This document shows, in pieces, positions 47,144 to 54,684 of a stretch of 64,000 nucleotides of DNA. Under the pieces are notes generated by a model. It was given only the letters and a program-made list of their open reading frames with translations. It did not search any database and was not told the DNA's origin. Origin of the DNA: Polyangiaceae bacterium (GTDB lineage Bacteria; Myxococcota_A; Polyangia; Polyangiales; Polyangiaceae); contig CBDCTZ010000016.1 of NCBI GenBank assembly GCA_965222375.1, forward strand, positions 3,136,001 to 3,200,000, written 5' to 3'. The position numbers and the translations under genes were made by a program. Each line of letters starts with the position of its first letter. Positions within the stretch are counted from its first letter, which is position 1.

Positions 47144-49237
47144 GTGGCCTCCAGCATCGCTGCGAATGATACGACGAGTACCGTCAAGGAATTGACGATA
47201 CCTCTCGCCATCGTCGGCATCGTGCTGATGATGGTCTTGCCGCTGCCGGCGTTCTTCATCGACCTGCTTTTGGCGTTCTCCTTGGCTGTGTCCATCGGGG
47301 TTTTCCTGATTGGGCTATTCATGGAGTCTCCCCTTCAGTTCAGCTCCTTTCCCGCGGTCATTCTCGTCGCCACGTTGTTGCGACTGAGCCTGAACGTTGC
47401 GACGACGCGGCTGATTCTGCTCAAGGGTCACGAGGGTCATAACGCTGCGGGGCAGGTCGTCGAGACCTTCGGGAAGTTCGTCGTCGGCGGCAACGTGGTT
47501 GTCGGCCTGGTCGTGTTCCTGATTCTGGTCGTGATCAACTTCGTGGTGATCACCAAGGGTGCGGGCCGCGTCGCAGAAGTCGCCGCGCGCTTTGCCTTGG
47601 ACGGCATGCCCGGCAAGCAGATGGCAATCGACGCTGACATGAATGCTGGGATCATTTCAGCGGACGTTGCCCGCGATCGCCGCCGCGGCATCGAGCGAGA
47701 AGCCGATTTCTACGGCGCCATGGATGGCGCGAGCAAGTTCGTCAAGGGTGACGCCATCGCCGGCCTGTTGATCACCGCGATCAACCTGATCGGTGGCTTG
47801 TTGATTGGCGTAGGTGGTGGGATGAGCCTCGCGAGTGCCGCCGAGACCTTCTCGATTCTGTCCGTAGGCGACGCGCTGGTATCCCAGATGCCCTCGCTGT
47901 TGGTTTCCACGGCCGCTGGTGTGGTGGTGACACGGTCAGCGACCGGACAGCAACTGGGGCGAGCATTCCGTTCACAACTGTTGGGCAGTCATCGTGCTGC
48001 CGCGGCAACCGCGGGCGTGCTCGCCGTGTTCGCGGTTCTGCCGGGAATGCCAGCGCTGCCGTTCTTGGCCATCGCGGGCGCGCTGATCTGGACGGCCAAG
48101 AATGCCAAGGCCCTCGAGCCCGTGGAAGCCACCCCGGAGGACGCTCCAGAAGAGTCTGGGCCGCAGCCGGCGTCTCAAGAAGACATCGAGGCTTCACTGC
48201 CTCTCGACGTCATGTCGCTCGAGGTCGGCTACGAGCTCATTCACATCGTCGATCCTAAGATGGGCGGCTCCTTGGTGGATCGCATCGCTGCTCTTCGCAA
48301 GCAGATCGCCATGGACCTGGGCATTGTGATCCCTCCAGTTCACATTCGCGACAACCTTGCCCTCGGCCCAGGAGCCTACCGCTTCATGCTGTTAGGCACG
48401 GAGATCACAGGTGGCGAAGTGCGCGGTGGAAAGCTCCTGGCCATGGACGCCACGGGAACCGCGGCTCCCATCGAAGGCGAAGAAACCAAAGACCCTGCCT
48501 TCGGCACGCCGGCGCGCTGGGTCACGACACGCGACCGCGAGCTAGCGGAAGCGCTCGGCTACACCGTTGTCGATCACACCACCATCGTCGCCACTCACCT
48601 GGCGGAGATCGTCCGACGCCACGCTCACGAGATAGTCGGGCGTTCCGAGCTTTCCCACCTATTCGAGGTGTTCTCTCGTTCGACGCCGAAGCTGGTCGAA
48701 GACCTGATCCCGAACCAATTGTCCCTGGGCGAGACGCTCAAGGTCGTGCGCAACCTGTTGCGCGAGAGCGTCTCGATTCGGGACCTGCGCACGCTACTGG
48801 AAGCGCTGATTGAGCTTTCCGTGGGCACGCGGGATCCCGAGCAGCTCACCGAGATGGTTCGCCAGCGGCTGTCGCGTCAACTGACCACTCAAGTCAGCAG
48901 CGCCGATGGCACCGTGTCCACCTTGGTGCTCGACGCGGCCGTGGAGGAGATCTTCCGCCGCTCTTTGCGCGAGATTGCCAGTGGCACCGGCGGTGCCCTG
49001 GACCCAGAGCAAGCAAAGACTCTGGGACAAGCTCTGGAGGCGGCCTGTCAACGCATGTTGGCGGCAGGTCGCCCTCCATTGGTCGTGACTGGGCCGGACG
49101 TTCGGCGCTACGTGCGTGCGTTCGCAGAGCGCCGCTGCCCTATGCTCACGGTGCTTTCGTTCCGCGAGATCGAACCGGAAGCGACGATTCGTCCTTTCGA
49201 GGTGATTCAGCTGGAGGAGCAGGTGCAGAGCCAATGA
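47144..49237 (+). CDS. flhA: Export gate protein FlhA
   Basis: RLSLNVATTR, EVAARFALDGMPGKQMAIDAD, FYGAMDGASKFVKGDA. Confidence 0.97.
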   Translation: MASSIAANDTTSTVKELTIPLAIVGIVLMMVLPLPAFFIDLLLAFSLAVSIGVFLIGLFMESPLQFSSFPAVILVATLLRLSLNVATTRLILLKGHEGHNAAGQVVETFGKFVVGGNVVVGLVVFLILVVINFVVITKGAGRVAEVAARFALDGMPGKQMAIDADMNAGIISADVARDRRRGIEREADFYGAMDGASKFVKGDAIAGLLITAINLIGGLLIGVGGGMSLASAAETFSILSVGDALVSQMPSLLVSTAAGVVVTRSATGQQLGRAFRSQLLGSHRAAAATAGVLAVFAVLPGMPALPFLAIAGALIWTAKNAKALEPVEATPEDAPEESGPQPASQEDIEASLPLDVMSLEVGYELIHIVDPKMGGSLVDRIAALRKQIAMDLGIVIPPVHIRDNLALGPGAYRFMLLGTEITGGEVRGGKLLAMDATGTAAPIEGEETKDPAFGTPARWVTTRDRELAEALGYTVVDHTTIVATHLAEIVRRHAHEIVGRSELSHLFEVFSRSTPKLVEDLIPNQLSLGETLKVVRNLLRESVSIRDLRTLLEALIELSVGTRDPEQLTEMVRQRLSRQLTTQVSSADGTVSTLVLDAAVEEIFRRSLREIASGTGGALDPEQAKTLGQALEAACQRMLAAGRPPLVVTGPDVRRYVRAFAERRCPMLTVLSFREIEPEATIRPFEVIQLEEQVQSQ

Positions 49238-49249
49238 TGGAGGTGACCG

Positions 49250-50380
49250 TTGCAGTACCAGTTGTTTAGGGGAGTTGACGTGCGGGAAGCCCTCAAGGCA
49301 GTCAAGGCCGCCTTTGGACCCGACGCCGTGATTCATTCCACGCGGGAAATCAGCAATGGCCGTGGCGGTGCGCTTGGCGCGACCTTCATCGAGGTTGCGG
49401 CCGCGCCGGCGACGGAGGTCCAACGCTGGCCTTTCAAGGAGGCCCGCGGCCGCGGTGACGGCGCCCGGCGCGAGAGCACTCGCGCGCGGGCTCGCTCCCT
49501 GGGCAAGGGCATGGGCGTTACCCGCACCCTCGGGCTCGATGCCCGAGAGATCGAGCGGGAACTCTCGGTGTTGCGCTCGATGTTGGAAGACCTGAATGCG
49601 AGTCGGCCGCCCCGCCAGCGCGCCTATTCGATGCTGGCTGGGCTCGGCGTCGAGGGCACGCTGGCTCGGGAACTCGCGAACGGTTCAGCGCGAGCAGCAC
49701 GTCGCGGGGAGGACGCCCTGAAGACATGGCTGCGCCAGCGGCTCACGGAGCGGCTTTGCGAGTGCGATGACGTCATCTTGTCGCAGGAGCCGACACTGAT
49801 CGCAGCTGTGGGGCAAACGGGCGTTGGCAAGACCACCACCCTGGCCAAGCTCGCCGCGCGCGCGCGACTTGACCACGGTCGCTCTGTGGCGATCATCAGT
49901 CTGGATACCTACCGGGTTGGCGCGGTCGAGCAGTGGCAACGCTACGCGACCTTGATGGGTCTGCCGTTCTTCACGGCGCAGGACGAATCCGAGTTTCAGG
50001 CAGCGCTGGCCGAGTGCCGTACGGACATCGTCCTCGTGGACACGGCGGGTCGCAGTACGCTCGCCGACGACCAACGTTGGACCGTGCCGGCGTGTCTGCA
50101 GCTGGCTTCAGGGCGCATACCTCACGTCCTGTTGGTGATGCCGGCTTGGACGCGGGGCAGCGACGCTGAACGTGCAGTGTCCGCGTACGCGGAGGCAGGC
50201 GTCACGGGCCTATGCGTCACGAAGTTGGACGAGACGTTGCAAGCGGGCGGAGTGCTGCACGCCGCCATCCCCGCCGATCTCCCCTTCTACTACCTCTGCG
50301 ATGGCCCTCGGGTACCCGAGGACATTCGCTCCGCGTCCGTCAACGCCGTCGTTGACGCCCTATTCGAAAGTGCGCCGTGA
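49250..50380 (+). CDS. flhF: SRP-type GTPase FlhF
   Basis: GQTGVGKTTT, DTYRVGA, DTAGRS, TKLDE, RVPEDI. Confidence 0.93.
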   Translation: MQYQLFRGVDVREALKAVKAAFGPDAVIHSTREISNGRGGALGATFIEVAAAPATEVQRWPFKEARGRGDGARRESTRARARSLGKGMGVTRTLGLDAREIERELSVLRSMLEDLNASRPPRQRAYSMLAGLGVEGTLARELANGSARAARRGEDALKTWLRQRLTERLCECDDVILSQEPTLIAAVGQTGVGKTTTLAKLAARARLDHGRSVAIISLDTYRVGAVEQWQRYATLMGLPFFTAQDESEFQAALAECRTDIVLVDTAGRSTLADDQRWTVPACLQLASGRIPHVLLVMPAWTRGSDAERAVSAYAEAGVTGLCVTKLDETLQAGGVLHAAIPADLPFYYLCDGPRVPEDIRSASVNAVVDALFESAP

Positions 50381-51111
50381 CGACCACTCAAGCAGCCGGA
50401 ACCAAGAAAATGAGTACAGCAGCCCTGAAGCGGGATCCGCTCGCGGACCGTGACACAGCGAGTCGCTACATGCCGCTCGTACGGAGAATTGCCATCCGAA
50501 CCGCACGAACGTTGCCATCGAGCGTCAGCTTTGACGACGTACTCAGCGCGGGCTGGGTTGGAATGGCCGAGGCGCTCACCCGGCGTCGCCCAGACATGGA
50601 CGAGGAGCACTTCGAGGCGTACGCCTCGCATCGCGTGCGCGGCGCCATCTTGGATTACCTCCGCGGACTGGATCCGTTGTCCCGCAAGCTGCGAGGGGCG
50701 TCACGGAAGATCACGGAGGCTGTCCGGGATTTGTCGCGGCGTTTCGAACGAAACCCAACGGAAGACGAGGTTGCCGGTGAGCTTGGGCTTGAGCTGGCGG
50801 AGTACCAGAAGCTCTTGGCGCAAATCTCCGAGGCTGGATACGCCCGGCTGGAACTGTCTGGCGACGAGCGAACCGACGACCCATCACCCGAGGCGATGGC
50901 TTCCCGCAGCGAAATGGTCGGGGCGGTGACCGCTGCGATTCAAACTCTGTCCGAGCGCCTGCAAATGGTCTTGGGGCTCTACTATCAGGAGGACTGTAGC
51001 TTCCGGGAAATCGGTGAAATCCTCGGAGTCACAGAGTCCCGAGTCTGCCAGCTTCACTCCGAAGCGGTTCACCTGATTCGCGCTCGACTCGGGCGCTCTA
51101 GACCCTCCTGA
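50377..51111 (+). CDS. fliA: Flagellar sigma factor FliA (sigma28)
   Basis: RVRGAILDYLR, YYQED, EIGEILGVTESRVCQLH. Confidence 0.94.
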   Translation: MTTTQAAGTKKMSTAALKRDPLADRDTASRYMPLVRRIAIRTARTLPSSVSFDDVLSAGWVGMAEALTRRRPDMDEEHFEAYASHRVRGAILDYLRGLDPLSRKLRGASRKITEAVRDLSRRFERNPTEDEVAGELGLELAEYQKLLAQISEAGYARLELSGDERTDDPSPEAMASRSEMVGAVTAAIQTLSERLQMVLGLYYQEDCSFREIGEILGVTESRVCQLHSEAVHLIRARLGRSRPS

Positions 51112-51143
51112 ACCACGGGCGATCCGGCGGCCAAAGTTTTTGC

Positions 51144-51170
51144 TCAAGGATCAGCGGAGGGCGCCGATGG
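51144..51170 (+). promoter_or_regulatory. sigma28 promoter of the histidine kinase gene
   Basis: TCAA-N15-GCCGATGG. Confidence 0.72.
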
Positions 51171-51190
51171 ACTCTGGTGGAGCAAAGTTC

Positions 51191-51940
51191 GTGTCTGCTG
51201 CCAAGAAATTGGGGGAGGTCGACCCCGAAAATGCCAGTGGGGTCTACCCCGTGCAGTCTCGCTTGGCCTCCAGCGAAACCACGACTTTCGCCCTGCATGA
51301 CGCCAAGAACCTGACCTGTGCCCTTGCGGCGAGCGTGGAGTGGCTCAGGAGTCAGTACTCCGTCGCGAGTGCAGATCGAGAAGTCGTGGAAGCCGTGCGC
51401 GACATGTCCAACACCTGCACGGAACTCACTGAGTTGCTCTCCCAGGCCCTCGCGGCCTCTCGCTCGGGGCGCGCGGCACTGTCTCTTCGTCGAGAGCGCG
51501 CGAGAGCATCCGAGCTGACTCGCCAGGTGCAGCGCCGCTACCGTGCCCGCGCGGCAATCCTCGGCGTCGAGCTCGCAGTCGAGGGCGGGGAGGACGCGGC
51601 ATTGTCGGTGGATCGCGTGCTGTGGGTCCGAGTTATCGATAATCTGGTAGACAACGCGCTCCGTGCTGCGCCGCCCGGCTCTCAGGTGAGCTTGTTCTAC
51701 GGGCAGGTGGGTGACGACGTGGTCTTCAGCGTGTCGGACCAAGGCCGCGGCGTGCCCGAGGCACAGCGCGACGGCATCTTCGGTATGTTCGCAGGTTCCG
51801 CACCCAAGACAGAGCGCACGGCGTTCGGTGTGGGGCTTGCGTTCTGTCGCCGCGTTGTCGAAGCGCATGGCGGAGAATTGACGGTTTCCGATTCGCCCGG
51901 TGGCGGAGCGACGTTTGTTGCTAAAATTCCAACGGTGTAG
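51191..51940 (+). CDS. Cytoplasmic histidine kinase with no sensor domain
   Basis: H box LHDAKN, N box NLVDNALR, DQGRG, GVGLAFC; GTG start chosen downstream of the promoter. Confidence 0.85.
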   Translation: MSAAKKLGEVDPENASGVYPVQSRLASSETTTFALHDAKNLTCALAASVEWLRSQYSVASADREVVEAVRDMSNTCTELTELLSQALAASRSGRAALSLRRERARASELTRQVQRRYRARAAILGVELAVEGGEDAALSVDRVLWVRVIDNLVDNALRAAPPGSQVSLFYGQVGDDVVFSVSDQGRGVPEAQRDGIFGMFAGSAPKTERTAFGVGLAFCRRVVEAHGGELTVSDSPGGGATFVAKIPTV

Positions 51941-51953
51941 AGCATGAAAAAAC

Positions 51954-51969
51954 TGGCATCCCGTTTGCA
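51954..51969 (+). promoter_or_regulatory. sigma54 promoter of fliW
   Basis: TGGCAT-CCCGT-TTGCA. Confidence 0.7.
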
Positions 51970-52021
51970 CAACCCTGATACGGACGACGATTCCTCGTCC
52001 CCAAAGCAAGGGTGCTCAGTA

Positions 52022-52528
52022 ATGAGGATAGAAACGGATAGATTCGGCATGATCGAGCTAGAGAGCTCGGAGGTGATCAACTTCCCGGCAGGGGTGATCG
52101 GGTTCCCCAGCGACAAGAACTTCGCCCTGATTCCCCACGGCAGTTCGGAGTGCATTGGCTGGCTCCAGTCCCTCGACAACGGGGATCTGGCGCTCCCAGT
52201 GGTTTCCGCCCACGGTCTTGGCGCGGAGTACCCGGACGTGCCCATCGACGGTGCGGCTCGGGAAGCTGGTATCGCGGAAGACCCGACGGAGGTTGCCGTG
52301 CTTGCGGTGCTGTGCGCTCCGCGGGGCCAACCCGCGACGGTCAACCTCATGGCGCCTATCGTCGTCAACTCCAACACGCGGACGGGCGCACAGGTCGCTC
52401 TGGATGGCACGCGGTTTTCTACCCGCGAACTATTCCTACTCGGGCCCACTGCCGACGACAACAACGCCGCTCCCGGGGAGCGTGAAGCCGAGCAAGCGGC
52501 GGGACCAGCTATTGTCCCAGCGGAGTAG
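52022..52528 (+). CDS. fliW: Flagellar assembly factor FliW
   Basis: IETDRFG...FPAGVIGF, WLQSLD, TVNLMAPIVVN. Confidence 0.92.
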   Translation: MRIETDRFGMIELESSEVINFPAGVIGFPSDKNFALIPHGSSECIGWLQSLDNGDLALPVVSAHGLGAEYPDVPIDGAAREAGIAEDPTEVAVLAVLCAPRGQPATVNLMAPIVVNSNTRTGAQVALDGTRFSTRELFLLGPTADDNNAAPGEREAEQAAGPAIVPAE

Positions 52529-52629
52529 GACCAGGCAGTGACCCGAGCTGGATCGGCGAGGTGCGCGGCCTTAGAGCCCGCGCGCCTCGTCCTTCTTTGT
52601 GCTGTGGACAACCACCAATCCGGAACCCC

Positions 52630-52656
52630 TCAAGCACCACCCCTAGTGGCCGTATT
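52630..52656 (+). promoter_or_regulatory. sigma28-like promoter
   Basis: TCAA-N15-GCCGTATT; DnaA-like TGTGGACAA at 52603. Confidence 0.65.
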
Positions 52657-52668
52657 GATCAAGCGAGT

Positions 52669-53124
52669 ATGCGACTAGTTCGAGACAGCGGAATCTTTCG
52701 ACGCATTCAGCGAGACCCCAGGGAACGGGCACGTCGCGGCGCCGAGGAAGTGACCGGCCACCCCTGCGTGGTCGTGGATCTAACCGGGGATTCACCTGGG
52801 CTGGTCAGTCAGCGCGTTGCCGGACCGAGCTGGCGTGCCACCCGCTTGCTGGCCCTGCTCGCTGAACTCGAAGGGCCCAAGCTACTCCGGGGCTTCTGCG
52901 CTGGCTGCTTCGGCCTCGACGGTATTTGGGCCGTTCCCGTTCAGTCTCCGGCGCGCGACTGCGGCTACTTGATCGTCTTGGGGCAAATCACGGCCCCGGG
53001 CTTGAAGGAACTCGAGGCCATTGCCGCGGAATTGAGCCTTGAGCTCGAAGCAGAAGAGCGCAGGACCGGTCTGATGCTGCCCCAAGAGCAGGAGTGTTGC
53101 CTCTCGACGCGGCGAGTTGCCTAG
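52669..53124 (+). CDS. Hypothetical protein, possibly GAF-like
   Basis: Open frame directly after a sigma28-like promoter; WAVPV...GYLIV...LEAIAAELS pattern. Confidence 0.6.
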   Translation: MRLVRDSGIFRRIQRDPRERARRGAEEVTGHPCVVVDLTGDSPGLVSQRVAGPSWRATRLLALLAELEGPKLLRGFCAGCFGLDGIWAVPVQSPARDCGYLIVLGQITAPGLKELEAIAAELSLELEAEERRTGLMLPQEQECCLSTRRVA

Positions 53125-53187
53125 CGCAGCGCTGAGAAGAGACGATTAGCGCACAGCCCCTCGATGGGCACGCCCCTTCTTTTTCCC

Positions 53188-53214
53188 TAAAGATCCTGGG
53201 CTGACGGCCGCTCA
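53188..53214 (+). promoter_or_regulatory. sigma28-like promoter
   Basis: TAAA-N15-GCCGCTCA. Confidence 0.65.
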
Positions 53215-53265
53215 TCTCAGTATGCGCGTGAGTGTCCAGTGCCTGTCGTTCGAGAGGCGACCTGA

Positions 53266-53523
53266 ATGAAGCCGGTGGGGCACGTGATGCACGTCGCTGC
53301 CGCAGGTGTGGTCCGCGCCCAAGACGCATTCACCAAAGCAGCCACGGAGCTTCCGAAGTCCCTCATCGTCGACTCCGTGTCCCTCACTGGCGAGGCACGC
53401 CCGGACCCTGCCCAGACCATGATGGACATGCGAGTGGCCAAGTACGCCTTCGTTGCGAATCTGCGAGTGCTTCAGACCGCTGACGAAAACCAGCGAGAGC
53501 TGGCGGATATTCTGAAGCGCTGA
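53266..53523 (+). CDS. Miniature rod/hook-like protein (terminal D0 helices only)
   Basis: MHVAAAGVVRAQ start; DPAQTMMDMRVAKYAFVANLRVLQTADE resembles the rod C-terminal motif. Confidence 0.7.
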   Translation: MKPVGHVMHVAAAGVVRAQDAFTKAATELPKSLIVDSVSLTGEARPDPAQTMMDMRVAKYAFVANLRVLQTADENQRELADILKR

Positions 53524-53528
53524 GGGTG

Positions 53529-54584
53529 TCAGCGGCGCGGCCAGCGGCGGCGCAGGTGAGTGCGGAGTACTTGTCGATACACACCGAAGTGCGCGCAGTG
53601 GTCCATTTTGTCGTTGCCTGCAAAACCACGCATGTGGAAGTTGCCCCGGGCGTACCAGCGAATCAGATCCAAGCCCATCGGGTCGCTGGGGCGAGATTTG
53701 GAGGGGCGGGGTTTGCCGCCGACACTTGCGACCAAAAAGGCACTCGTCTCGGTAGTGGATGCGTAGCCGGGCGGGATGATCGACGAATGGGATACGAACA
53801 TCAGTCGCTTCCGACGCGCCGCCAGCCGGGCGAAATCCGAGAATGGGCGGAGTTGACGCTCGTTCAGAGTGCCCCCCCGCCGCTGGTAGCCCGAGTGCAG
53901 GCCATCCAGCAAGATGACAGTGTCCACCCGCTTCTTGCCCAGCGGCTGCGACAGAATTCGGCCAACGGCGCCATAACCCGCACTCCACGCCGACAGGCCG
54001 ATGTAGCGCGCCTTGGCCTGCTCGAGGCCGCTCTCCTTCGCCACCGCCACTTCCACGCTCGCTAGGAGATCGGCGAACACATAGCCAGCGGAAAACCTGC
54101 GTTCGTAAGGGCCCGACCCCGTGCCCAGGTCGATGCCGACGAATACCGGGCCGTCCATGGTGCGAACCCACTCCTTGCGCGCGGCTTCATGGCCATGGAA
54201 ATGAACGACCAGGTCGAAAGTTCCGCGACGCGACAGCCGGCGAGGCAGCATCATCTGGCCCAGTGTCGGCGACTTGTCCCAGCGACGGTACGCACCGAAG
54301 CCCGGGTCTGGGGTCTTGCACGGATTGACGCCCCCACGCTCTGCGGGGCTCTTCTGGGTCTGCGTGCTGGCCGGGGGCCGCTCTAGAACCCAGCGCGCGG
54401 TGACGCGGGGGCCGCTCCCTTGCGCGGCAGCGGGGGTGCCCAGTCCAAGAGCAGCGCCGGCGACGGCCACTGCGGTGACGGCGGCTCCACGCACTGGTGT
54501 CAATCGCTTGGCACCGCCTGAGCTAACAACTCGCTCCGGCCTCGGAAGTTGTGCGCCCGGATCTTGCTTGGGTTTGGTCTTCAT
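53529..54584 (-). CDS. Hypothetical secreted alpha/beta-hydrolase-like protein
   Basis: Signal-like segment, VVHFHG, LSAWSAGYGAV, LLDGLH, DHCAH. Confidence 0.65.
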   Translation of the reverse strand: MKTKPKQDPGAQLPRPERVVSSGGAKRLTPVRGAAVTAVAVAGAALGLGTPAAAQGSGPRVTARWVLERPPASTQTQKSPAERGGVNPCKTPDPGFGAYRRWDKSPTLGQMMLPRRLSRRGTFDLVVHFHGHEAARKEWVRTMDGPVFVGIDLGTGSGPYERRFSAGYVFADLLASVEVAVAKESGLEQAKARYIGLSAWSAGYGAVGRILSQPLGKKRVDTVILLDGLHSGYQRRGGTLNERQLRPFSDFARLAARRKRLMFVSHSSIIPPGYASTTETSAFLVASVGGKPRPSKSRPSDPMGLDLIRWYARGNFHMRGFAGNDKMDHCAHFGVYRQVLRTHLRRRWPRR

Positions 54585-54650
54585 GACGAATGCCTCTATG
54601 CGCAGCAAGAGCCGAGCCACCTCTGCCTCGAGCATGCCGCCAGTTTTCAC

Positions 54651-54677
54651 TCAAGGTCGGGGGACATCGTCCGTTCC
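54651..54677 (+). promoter_or_regulatory. sigma28-like promoter of the HDOD gene
   Basis: TCAA-N15-TCCGTTCC, 7 nt before the in-frame GTG. Confidence 0.55.
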
Positions 54678-54684
54678 TCAGGAC

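Noticed and set aside
31099..49237. Non-flagellar type III injectisome
   Set aside because: Rod, hook, flagellin, L/P rings and FliA are present and there is no secretin
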